Source: a virus
Strand: one strand, 5' to 3'
Length of the DNA stretch: 13,577 nucleotides
UHGV virus genome: UHGV-0354376
The position numbers and the translations under genes were made by a program. Shown here piece by piece: positions 1-6,760 of the stretch. The notes below the pieces were generated by a model. The model was not told the origin of the DNA and did not search any database. It worked only from the letters and a program-made list of their open reading frames with translations. Position 1 is the first letter of the stretch. Every line of letters starts with the position of its first letter.

Positions 1-26
1 GCAGTTAACATGACGGGCGTTAGGGG

Positions 27-1340
27 TTAACTTACTGATTTTAATAATCCTCCCGTACTGTTCTCGTGGCTATGGGGCATCAATGGGGCAAAATATGCCA
101 GCTTCTGATTCAGCATTGCGATCTGCTCTGCGCTGCTGTCAGCCATCCATGCACCGTAAACATTGAACACCATCTGCGCGCTCGCATGCCCCATCTGACT
201 GGCAATAAAACTCGGGTTTGCACCAGCAGATAATGACCAGCACGCATAGGTATGTCGTGACTGGTACGCCTTTCTGTGTCTAATCCCCGCGCGCTTTAGT
301 GCAGCTTCCCATGAGTCGCCTACTGAATCGACCCGGTAGATAAATCCGACCTGCTTACTGCGTCTGACCACATGCGGGTTAAAGACGAATGTACACTCAT
401 GGGTCACCGAACGACCGTACTCACGTAACTGCACTTCAATATGATATTGCCTGCCCAGCCTTGTCATTTCAGCCTGATTTTTCAGGATACTGATTGCGGG
501 CTGGATAAGATGCACCACTCGATCTGTACTTGCCTCGGTTTTCGGTAGAGTGAACTCACCAAGTTTCGTATAATTACGCCTGACGGTAATTGTTCCCGCT
601 TTCAGGTCGATATCTTCCCAGGCCAGGGAGACCAGTTCCCCGTGACGCATTCCTGTGTACACTGCTAATGACCACAGGTTTTTCGTCTGCTGATGCCGGC
701 ATGCATCTATCAGGCGAATAAATTCATCACGAGAAAGAGGATCTGGTTCTGCCCGGGCTTTTTTCAGAGGCTTAATTCCCTCGAATGGGTTCACCTCTAA
801 GTAACCGTGATCCGCAGCAAACTGAAACATTCCGGCCATTGTCGTCATGTAATAGTTCACAGTAACAACGCTTCGCCCTTTTGCCGGGGATTTGTTTTTC
901 GTCGGATTCTGGTAACCAATTAGCAAATCTTTCCTGAGATACAGCAATTCCTCTTTGGTTACTGCTGACGCTAGGCGATTACCTCCGATCCTCGGCACCA
1001 TATTCCTTGCGACAGACTCATAGCGATTGAATGCGTTCGCGCAGATTTCCATCCGTTTCAGATCCAGCCATTTTTCTTCAAGTTCTTTCACTGTAATGTC
1101 TTTTTTACTTACACCAAAAGCCTTGAGGTTAGGGGAGTCAGGAAACTGGGTTGCATAATCAAAGGTTCCTGTGCGGATGGCAAAACATACTGATGTCCGC
1201 AGTTCCCCGGCTATCTTCCTGTTCTTAGCGGTGTCAGGGACACCAAGACTTTCCCTGACACGCTTACCTTTAAAATTAAACCAGATGCGTAAAGTGCCAC
1301 CGTGGTTTTCGACGCCTGTTGGATATGTGGCTTTATCCAT
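27..1340 (-). CDS. int: Phage tyrosine integrase (lambda Int family site-specific recombinase)
   Basis: 437 aa ORF with the C-terminal catalytic signature of tyrosine recombinases (RHGEL...SRHTYACW...NVYGAW, i.e. Arg, His-x-x-Arg and Tyr nucleophile region) and an N-terminal arm-binding-like region. It sits at the edge of the prophage, directly downstream of an excisionase-like gene. Confidence 0.9.
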   Translation of the reverse strand: MDKATYPTGVENHGGTLRIWFNFKGKRVRESLGVPDTAKNRKIAGELRTSVCFAIRTGTFDYATQFPDSPNLKAFGVSKKDITVKELEEKWLDLKRMEICANAFNRYESVARNMVPRIGGNRLASAVTKEELLYLRKDLLIGYQNPTKNKSPAKGRSVVTVNYYMTTMAGMFQFAADHGYLEVNPFEGIKPLKKARAEPDPLSRDEFIRLIDACRHQQTKNLWSLAVYTGMRHGELVSLAWEDIDLKAGTITVRRNYTKLGEFTLPKTEASTDRVVHLIQPAISILKNQAEMTRLGRQYHIEVQLREYGRSVTHECTFVFNPHVVRRSKQVGFIYRVDSVGDSWEAALKRAGIRHRKAYQSRHTYACWSLSAGANPSFIASQMGHASAQMVFNVYGAWMADSSAEQIAMLNQKLAYFAPLMPHSHENSTGGLLKSVS

Positions 1341-1398
1341 TGGTGTTACCTCCAGACGCCCAAGAGCGATACGAGCTTACCTTTTTCATGGCATCAAA

Positions 1399-1635
1399 TC
1401 ACCCTGGCTGCTTGCTTTTCATTGAAGCGACCCAGGCATCTACAGCCTTTCTGTTATACATGCACTCACTGGAAGGTTTAGGATTCCCGTCAGGCGATAC
1501 GTGGATATACTCTCTCCCAACCATCCAGCATTCTTTTCTGGCTCGGAGGATGGTACCGGGTTTGAGCCCGGTAACCGCGATAAGAACGCTTTCACAAACC
1601 CACTCGTTGGGGGCTAACTGGAAAATATTGCTCAT
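1399..1635 (-). CDS. xis: Excisionase-like small DNA-binding protein (Xis)
   Basis: 78 aa basic ORF immediately upstream of int on the same strand, the typical xis-int arrangement. Call is from size, position and composition; family membership was not verified. Confidence 0.55.
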   Translation of the reverse strand: MSNIFQLAPNEWVCESVLIAVTGLKPGTILRARKECWMVGREYIHVSPDGNPKPSSECMYNRKAVDAWVASMKSKQPG

Positions 1636-1699
1636 GGTTATTTATCCATTACCCTGGCTGCACCCAGGGGAAATTACAGGTCGCTGCTGGTGGCCGGAA

Positions 1700-2077
1700 T
1701 CAACTTCTGCCAGATCGCGGCTTCGGTGCTGTTGGCTGGTCGCATCCCAGACATGGGCAAGGACACATATTTTCTGATTGCTGCCAGCGGAAATAACCTG
1801 TGCCACCGCAGTATTTACAGGTTGAACCATCCGGAATAACCGGAGAGTTGCCTGCCTTGCAACGATCCATCAGCGATTGAGCCGTTACCGTTAGCAGGTT
1901 TAAATCTGTTTCAGAGCCGTGCATTATCACTGCCAGGCGCGATAGCATAGCCCTTTCGCTAGCGCTCTTTCTTATTTCTCTATCAAGGTCAGCCTGGAGT
2001 TGAATAACCCACCGGGCAAGCTCTCCCTTTTCACCGCTTTCGCGCCGCATATCCTCCAAACGGTATTTATCAATCAT
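1700..2077 (-). CDS. Hypothetical phage protein with a Cys-rich C-terminus
   Basis: The ORF track extends to 2149, but the internal ATG at 2077 is preceded by GAGGA at a good spacing and overlaps the stop of the upstream gene (translational coupling). The C-terminus carries a CxxC...CPCPCLGC cysteine cluster. No family recognised. Confidence 0.45.
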   Translation of the reverse strand: MIDKYRLEDMRRESGEKGELARWVIQLQADLDREIRKSASERAMLSRLAVIMHGSETDLNLLTVTAQSLMDRCKAGNSPVIPDGSTCKYCGGTGYFRWQQSENMCPCPCLGCDQPTAPKPRSGRS

Positions 2078-2936
2078 TACTGTTATCCTCGCAGCAGTAG
2101 TGCCGCCCCTCTGAGTCAGTAGATACATGCCCGCAGATATCGCATTCAATTTCCGGAAGCATCAGTTCTGATTTCTCTTTGATATGCAGTCGCGGTTCTC
2201 CGTCTTTCGGCTCAGGCCATTCGCGCTGCTTATTCACCGCCAGCTTTTCCACCATCGCCTGGGTAATCTGCTCATCACTGATACCGGCACGACGTTGCGC
2301 ATCCCATAACAGGAATTGCATGTCAGCCCATTCGCTAAGGTCGCCTGGTTCAGCAGCAGCCTCGAGCGCTTCTTTGGAAAGGTGCTTCAGCGGACCAACT
2401 GGACCGACATTCCCGAAGGTGTCCTGTGACCACTTCGCGTGCTCCCTGCGTACCTGTTCGCGGTCATTGACGCTATCGGCGATAGCGAATACTTCGCGGA
2501 CCTCACAACCCTCACGAACGGCTTGATTTTTCCCGTGTTCGTCAATAAGTCCCAGCCAGTCACCGTTTACTGATTTGAATTGCCAGCCTGCCAATTCAAG
2601 GCTTTTTGCTGGCTGCGGGACGCGATATTTATCAACGATACGTGCCAGTGAGTTGAAGTTGATAAAAGGAACAGCCTGATGCCCCTTATAAATATCACTC
2701 CATTCCATTGCTGGCCCGCCAGAAACTTCAGCGACAGCATCACGTAGAGCATCAAAAGGCACAGGCTCAGCATCAAACGCTGCAATAACCCCATTAATCA
2801 CCTTCACAGCATCAGCCATTGCGTAGCCGAGATTACCGCCGTCGCTTTGTTTTGCTGCTTTGCTGAGTATTTCGCGTATCTGGTACAGGCGATCGAGTGA
2901 TACAAGACCGTTCGCCGGGTGGTTGTTAGTTGTCAT
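2070..2936 (-). CDS. Two-domain phage protein: N-terminal domain of unknown function fused to a MazG-like dATP/dGTP pyrophosphohydrolase (DUF550-type) C-terminal domain
   Basis: 288 aa ORF tightly packed in the operon. The C-terminal half (WSQDTFGNVGPVGPLKHLSKEALEAAAEPGDLSEWADMQFLLWD...) resembles, from memory, the DUF550/MazG-like nucleotide pyrophosphohydrolase domain common in prophage early regions. Confidence 0.6.
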   Translation of the reverse strand: MTTNNHPANGLVSLDRLYQIREILSKAAKQSDGGNLGYAMADAVKVINGVIAAFDAEPVPFDALRDAVAEVSGGPAMEWSDIYKGHQAVPFINFNSLARIVDKYRVPQPAKSLELAGWQFKSVNGDWLGLIDEHGKNQAVREGCEVREVFAIADSVNDREQVRREHAKWSQDTFGNVGPVGPLKHLSKEALEAAAEPGDLSEWADMQFLLWDAQRRAGISDEQITQAMVEKLAVNKQREWPEPKDGEPRLHIKEKSELMLPEIECDICGHVSTDSEGRHYCCEDNSND

Positions 2937-2939
2937 GGG

Positions 2940-3140
2940 TTAGCCCTCAACTTTGTTTCCGCAATGCGGGCAATAATTAAATTTTCTGGCGAATCCTGGG
3001 TGAGGGATGGCGTGCCTTTTCGTCTTCTCGTCCCAGTCAGTAATAACCTTTTCAAAACTGGCTAACGCATCAGCCCAATCATCAGAAAGAATCGGCCTTG
3101 CTCCAATCAAGCCGACAACACAGCGTCTGCATTTTTCCAC
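2940..3140 (-). CDS. Small zinc-ribbon protein (CxxC...CPHC)
   Basis: 66 aa ORF with two Cys pairs (CRRC near the N-terminus, CPHCG near the C-terminus). It is separated by 3-4 nt from both flanking genes on the same strand. Confidence 0.6.
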   Translation of the reverse strand: MEKCRRCVVGLIGARPILSDDWADALASFEKVITDWDEKTKRHAIPHPGFARKFNYCPHCGNKVEG

Positions 3141-3144
3141 CGAC

Positions 3145-3450
3145 TCACTCCCCCTTCACGCCAATGCCCGCGGCGCTTGCTGATTCTTCATGTGCGCGTT
3201 TAGCAGCGTTAAGTATTGCTGCCAGCGGCGTATATCCGCCGTCCATTCGAATTGTGTTGTGGATGGCGGCTATCGTGTCACGCAGTTTGCTGTGGCTCGC
3301 AGAAAGTTCATCTATGCGCTTCTCTGCGGATTCCAGCTCATCCAGCAGCGCCAGCACATCCTGAGTGGGAGCCCTAAAGTTCGGAATGAAGTTGTCTTTC
3401 GCTCTCTCTGCCGCTTCACGCAGCGCCGCACGTTTGTTGAGTGCTGTCAT
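3145..3450 (-). CDS. Hypothetical phage early protein, coiled-coil rich (Ea-like)
   Basis: 101 aa ORF with a strong RBS (AAGGAG about 8 nt upstream of the ATG at 3450). It is the first gene of the leftward operon; composition is alpha-helical and Ala/Glu/Leu rich. Confidence 0.6.
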   Translation of the reverse strand: MTALNKRAALREAAERAKDNFIPNFRAPTQDVLALLDELESAEKRIDELSASHSKLRDTIAAIHNTIRMDGGYTPLAAILNAAKRAHEESASAAGIGVKGE

Positions 3451-4015
3451 TGGGCTGCTCCTTGTCTGGCTCTGCTCAAGAGCTGGTTAAACATCATGGT
3501 CAGGCTGTTACTACACCCAAACGGCATATCGTTAACACGGTAAGTAGGAATTCCCTTGCGAACACCAGACTTCACGATCCGGCCGGTGCCATAGAGTTGC
3601 GATAATGCGCCATCCTCTTGCCCGGGTGGATTGGGTTATGAGCCCGTCGCCCGGTGATGCCCTTTTCTGTTGTGCCCTGAAAAAGGCTGGCGGTTACCGG
3701 ACAAACGGGAAAACACCGGGCCGCCAGAACAGGGAGTTACTTGTTATTGCTTTGGCCTGCTTTTAACCACATCAGGCGCGGTGGTAGGTATCTTCGGGCG
3801 GGGTGCTAAGGGGGTGATTAGCCCTTGCCCTTAACACTCCTGCTGGTTTTGGTATTCCTGGCTTGGGTATCGCCACCAGCTATAGGAATTTGACTACGAG
3901 TTGCGGTTAATCAGGCCGCGCCTCTGTTACCCCTCCCGAAGACACCTGTAAGCGAATCATCCGGTTATTCATATGCCACCGGCGGCTGTCTTGCCTGTTC
4001 GCAGCTGATGAATTA

Positions 4016-4044
4016 AATATACCTGTGAGTAATTTTTGTGTAAA
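4016..4044 (-). promoter_or_regulatory. Candidate leftward early promoter (pL-like): -35 TTTACA, 17 bp spacer, -10 TATATT on the minus strand
   Basis: Read from the reverse complement of 4016-4044. It lies in an AT-rich island and is flanked by copies of the TAAAT.ACCTGT motif that also occurs in the cI-cro intergenic region. Sequence-based prediction only. Confidence 0.3.
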
Positions 4045-4156
4045 TACCTGTTGGTATATTTTTATTTACCTTAATGGCAACTAATTGCTTTTAATTGGAT
4101 TTTATTTAAGTAGGCGAGGCGTGTTATGCTCAAAAAAACACCAGAAAGGGCTTGGT

Positions 4157-4363
4157 ATGGAACGTGACGAACTGGAAGAAGACCGTGCGGCATTCATAGC
4201 TGGCGAGATTGGCGGCGCAGTTGTCGAATTGATAATTGGCGGAGTAGTGATTGACCGTGATGCGATCGTCGATTGTTTGGAAAGAAAACGACGTGCGGTG
4301 GGTAATGTGATCCACAAAGGTGTTCTGCGTGACGCCGCTGCTATGGTGAGAAAAGGGCAGTAA
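4157..4363 (+). CDS. Small hypothetical protein (68 aa), acidic N-terminus and Gly/Val/Ile-rich core; moron-like gene convergent with the repressor
   Basis: The ORF track starts at a TTG at 4085; the in-frame ATG at 4157 has AAAGGG 8-9 nt upstream. Codon usage is enterobacterial-like. It is followed 1 nt after its stop by a strong hairpin and preceded by an AT-rich promoter-like region. The overlapping minus-strand ORFs are low complexity. Confidence 0.45.
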   Translation: MERDELEEDRAAFIAGEIGGAVVELIIGGVVIDRDAIVDCLERKRRAVGNVIHKGVLRDAAAMVRKGQ

Positions 4364-4364
4364 A

Positions 4365-4386
4365 AACCCGGCTCAGTGGCCGGGTT
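4365..4386. terminator. Bidirectional Rho-independent terminator hairpin between the convergent small gene and cI
   Basis: Perfect 8 bp inverted repeat AACCCGGC / GCCGGGTT with a 6 nt loop (TCAGTG). It is flanked by AAAAA on the 5' side (a U-tract for the minus-strand transcript) and a T-rich stretch on the 3' side. Confidence 0.55.
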
Positions 4387-4438
4387 AGATGTTATTTCTT
4401 AAAGAGTTAGGTCTGTTTCAACTATCCAAAGATAGCAG

Positions 4439-5149
4439 CTACAGTTTATTGTAAGCTATTGATTCATGGAGTAGAGCTTTACCCATGATATACAGTTGTT
4501 CCTGATTTTCTTCAGTTATATACCAGTCTTTGTACACTGGATTATCGGACAGCACTGCAAGCTGCAAGCCCTGCATTTGTAATCGCTTCACGTGGAAGTG
4601 TTGTCCGAAAACGAACGCATAAACACCGTCCACCTTGAAATTTCTTATCGAAATATCGAAAAACAACCTGTCACCAGACTGGATGGTTGGGCACATGCTG
4701 TCGCCATCTACAGTCATTACTTTAACGTCATCCTGAGAACGATTCCCGAAGAGTGAACGAGCGTGCTCAGTGGTGAACTCAATAGCGTGTAGAACCTCAA
4801 CAAACTCAGAAATCATGAAAGACCCTGGACCTGCACTCACAGTAAGATCGAGAACTTCTACACGATAAGTGTCGATATTGCGGGCGGGTACATCAATATC
4901 CATATTTGAGGTTGGGCCAAGACCATCCAACCATCCTCTGCTGATTTTCAAAGCATCTTCGATCTGCCGAGCCGCCTGTTCACCAATATTCCGCTTATTA
5001 GGTTTACCAACAGGGTAAAGCATCCGAGAGACAACAGTCGGATCAAGCCCTGCATTTTCAGCAAACTCTTTCTGGGTTTTATAGCGAGTTACCAACTCCT
5101 GAAGTTTGAGGCGTCGTAACTCGAAGATGTCAGGCGATTCAGTTTTCAT
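4439..5149 (-). CDS. CI-like prophage repressor (N-terminal HTH, C-terminal S24 LexA-like autopeptidase domain)
   Basis: 236 aa ORF with an N-terminal HTH-like region (QKEFAENAGLDPTVVSRM) and a C-terminal S24 peptidase signature (GDSM serine motif and a downstream Lys in HVKRL). It is divergent from a Cro-like gene across a 99 bp AT-rich region. The near-absence of an SD upstream of the ATG would fit a leaderless pRM-type transcript. Confidence 0.9.
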   Translation of the reverse strand: MKTESPDIFELRRLKLQELVTRYKTQKEFAENAGLDPTVVSRMLYPVGKPNKRNIGEQAARQIEDALKISRGWLDGLGPTSNMDIDVPARNIDTYRVEVLDLTVSAGPGSFMISEFVEVLHAIEFTTEHARSLFGNRSQDDVKVMTVDGDSMCPTIQSGDRLFFDISIRNFKVDGVYAFVFGQHFHVKRLQMQGLQLAVLSDNPVYKDWYITEENQEQLYIMGKALLHESIAYNKL

Positions 5150-5156
5150 AATTCCA

Positions 5157-5224
5157 TCTTACTTAAATTTACTTCAAGGTAAATGACCTGTGAGTATTGA
5201 CATGTATTTACTTAAAGGTATATT
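5157..5224. promoter_or_regulatory. Immunity switch region: candidate operator repeats overlapping a pR-like promoter (-35 TTGACA 5197-5202, 16 bp spacer, -10 TATATT 5219-5224)
   Basis: Three copies of TTACTT(A/C)AA, at about 5159, 5169 and 5208. Two form imperfect palindromes: TTTAC-TTCAAG-GTAAA (5168-5183) and TTTAC-TTAAAG-GTATA (5207-5222). The 11-mer ACCTGTGAGTA (5186-5196) sits immediately before the consensus -35. The cro ATG follows at 5249 with an AGGAGG RBS. Confidence 0.45.
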
Positions 5225-5248
5225 TAATTTCCAAACATAGGAGGCGTG

Positions 5249-5491
5249 ATGGAAACGTTAAGAAATTACCTAAACGCTTTGTCGCTCGAAAAACAGAGAG
5301 AATTTGCAGCACGATGCGAAACCTCTCTTGAGTACCTGCGTAAAGCCATTAGCAAAAAGCAAAAGTTGGGAGCTGCTCTATCTGTTTCTATCGAAACACA
5401 ATCTGGCGGCTCAGTTAGTAGAAAAAATCTTCACCCGGATGATTGGGAAAAGATTTGGCCTGAACTGGAGCATAAAAAAACAGCGGCATGA
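5249..5491 (+). CDS. Cro-like / YdaS-family HTH regulator
   Basis: 80 aa ORF divergent from cI with an AGGAGG RBS 6 nt upstream. The C-terminal motif GGSVSRKNLHPDDW resembles the YdaS-type Cro-like family as I recall it. The ATG at 5249 is preferred over the GTG at 5246 listed in the ORF track. Confidence 0.8.
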   Translation: METLRNYLNALSLEKQREFAARCETSLEYLRKAISKKQKLGAALSVSIETQSGGSVSRKNLHPDDWEKIWPELEHKKTAA

Positions 5492-5519
5492 AAGTAACCA
5501 CAGAATTAAGGGGTTAACC

Positions 5520-6071
5520 GTGGGTAACGAACCAATCTGGAAAGTTGAACGTCAGCCAGTCTGGCTGGTGGTAGCGATTAAAAAAACGATTACCGATCTG
5601 CCTGGTGGATATGCCGAGGCGGCGGAATGGTTGGGGGTAACAGAGAACGCGCTGTTTAACCGTCTTCGTGTAGATGGCGACCAGATTTTCCCTATGGGAT
5701 GGGCGATGGTGCTACAGAAAGCCGCTGGCGTTAGCTACATAGCTGATGCGTTTTCTCGTCAAACAGATAACGGGATTCATATCCCTGGCGCAGCACCAGA
5801 AACAGAGAACGAAGAGATTGGCTTAAAGCTGGCTGAGCTGGTGGGCAGGCTTGGTGACTTGGTTAACGCATATCGTCGATACATCGATGATGGTGTGGTT
5901 GATAAAGGGGAATGGGACAGTCTGAACGAAATCGCCTATCAGTTCCGGGTAACGCTTATGACGTTTCTGAACCTGATTTCTCGAGTTTATTGCCTTCCAG
6001 AAAAGAGTGACGCCCGCGAGTGTGCAGCTCCGGGCGCCTTGGCGAACAACTCTTCGAGTATGGAGAAATAA
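5520..6071 (+). CDS. CII-like / YdaT-like regulatory protein with a putative HTH
   Basis: The ORF track runs from 5304, but a GTG at 5520 has AAGGGG 6 nt upstream and lies 29 nt after the cro stop. A putative HTH (AEAAEWLGVTENALFNRL) is present. Its position right after cro matches cII/ydaT-type genes; family assignment is tentative. Confidence 0.5.
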   Translation: MGNEPIWKVERQPVWLVVAIKKTITDLPGGYAEAAEWLGVTENALFNRLRVDGDQIFPMGWAMVLQKAAGVSYIADAFSRQTDNGIHIPGAAPETENEEIGLKLAELVGRLGDLVNAYRRYIDDGVVDKGEWDSLNEIAYQFRVTLMTFLNLISRVYCLPEKSDARECAAPGALANNSSSMEK

Positions 6072-6243
6072 TCCGCATGAGCAGTTTAACGGCTTTTGAC
6101 CGTCTACCGCAACTAAGGATGATCCCGGTTTCGGGTACTCCGTTGTTTCGGTATGAACGCAGATTATCAAACCGCTGGGTTCCGTGTAACCACAGTAGGG
6201 CGGTTTCAATTGTGGGGGTCTACAACCGGAGGGCAAAACGCCT

Positions 6244-6471
6244 TTGCGCGAACTTAACCGAAGGTTCAAAGACCACCGCGGAGTGCAAGTCCGTGTTATC
6301 CGCTGGGAGCCAGAAACACAGCGCGTTATCTATCTGCGTGATGGCTACCCACACGAATGCTTCAGCCCACTTGAGCAGTTCCGACGGAAATTCAGGGAAA
6401 TGAATAAATCGAGTAGTGTAAGCATTGAGAATCACTACCTAAATCAACCTGAAGGAAAAGACCATGACTGA
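6244..6471 (+). CDS. Hypothetical small protein (about 62-75 aa); start uncertain (TTG 6244 or GTG 6283)
   Basis: Protein-like composition (VRVIRWEPETQRVIYLRDGYPHECFSPLEQFRRKF). Its stop overlaps the ATG of the next gene (ATGACTGA). GGAGG lies 12 nt upstream of the TTG. It competes with an alternative frame at 6077-6403. Confidence 0.3.
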   Translation: MRELNRRFKDHRGVQVRVIRWEPETQRVIYLRDGYPHECFSPLEQFRRKFREMNKSSSVSIENHYLNQPEGKDHD

Positions 6472-6760
6472 AGCCGATATCGTATTTGATTACAAATTTA
6501 ACAGCCCATTACATCGTTTAATCATGTTGTTTATCCAAGTAAGCGGAAGCGGTGATGGGGGTAAAGAAAAGCTTATTTCAGATAAGAGATTTACAGACAT
6601 ATGCTGTTGCAGCTCAGCAGATTTTATAAGCGCTATCAATTACCTGACCGAAAACGGCTTTCTTTTGAGAAAAAATTACGGGATGCAGTTCGGTGAGGCT
6701 ACCAGCGGTTATGTCATTACTGTGCCGGATTGGTTAAGGAAGGAACCATGGGAACATTGA
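6464..6760 (+). CDS. Hypothetical protein (98 aa), AT-rich gene
   Basis: ATG with an AAGGAAAAG RBS. Its stop overlaps the start region of the replication gene. Codon usage is noticeably more AT-rich than neighbouring genes (TTA, ATA, AGA codons). A possible winged-helix-like segment (FISAINYLTENGFLLRK) is present. Confidence 0.55.
   Translation: MTEADIVFDYKFNSPLHRLIMLFIQVSGSGDGGKEKLISDKRFTDICCCSSADFISAINYLTENGFLLRKNYGMQFGEATSGYVITVPDWLRKEPWEH

Noticed and set aside
1-26. Prophage attachment site (attL/attR core) next to the 3' end of int
   Set aside because: The window begins only 26 nt beyond the int stop codon and no matching direct repeat is available within the window, so an att core cannot be defined from this sequence alone.
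1171-1777. Plus-strand ORFs 1171..1425 (84 aa) and 1319..1777 (152 aa)
   Set aside because: They lie antisense to int and xis and overlap both. Their products are low complexity and Pro/Ser/Leu rich, with no RBS context. Most likely shadow ORFs of the integration genes.
1642-1830. Minus-strand ORF 1642..1830 (62 aa)
   Set aside because: It overlaps the 3' end of the 1700-2077 gene in another frame and has no start context. The better-supported frame was kept.
2179-3543. Plus-strand ORFs 2179..2526, 3098..3364 and 3190..3543, and minus-strand ORF 2567..2794
   Set aside because: All are embedded in, or antisense to, the well-supported leftward genes (the DUF550-like fusion and the Ea-like protein). 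Ser/Ala/Arg-rich composition is typical of antisense frames in GC-rich coding DNA.
3638-3766. Plus-strand 42-codon ORF (MSPSPGDALFCC...) inside the GC-rich ORF-free stretch
   Set aside because: It is oriented against the surrounding operon, has only a marginal RBS (GGTGGA) and a non-protein-like composition. Noted only as a possibility within the unexplained 3451-4010 region.
4102-4317. Minus-strand ORFs 4102..4317 (71 aa) and 4130..4315 (61 aa), overlapping the 68 aa plus-strand gene
   Set aside because: Both have low-complexity Ser/Thr/Pro-rich or Phe-rich products and no convincing start context. The plus-strand frame has better codon usage, an RBS and a terminator directly after its stop.
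5823-6269. Minus-strand ORF 5823..6269 (148 aa)
   Set aside because: Antisense to the 3' end of the CII-like gene. Cys/Pro-rich improbable product. No promoter or RBS logic in a region otherwise transcribed rightward.
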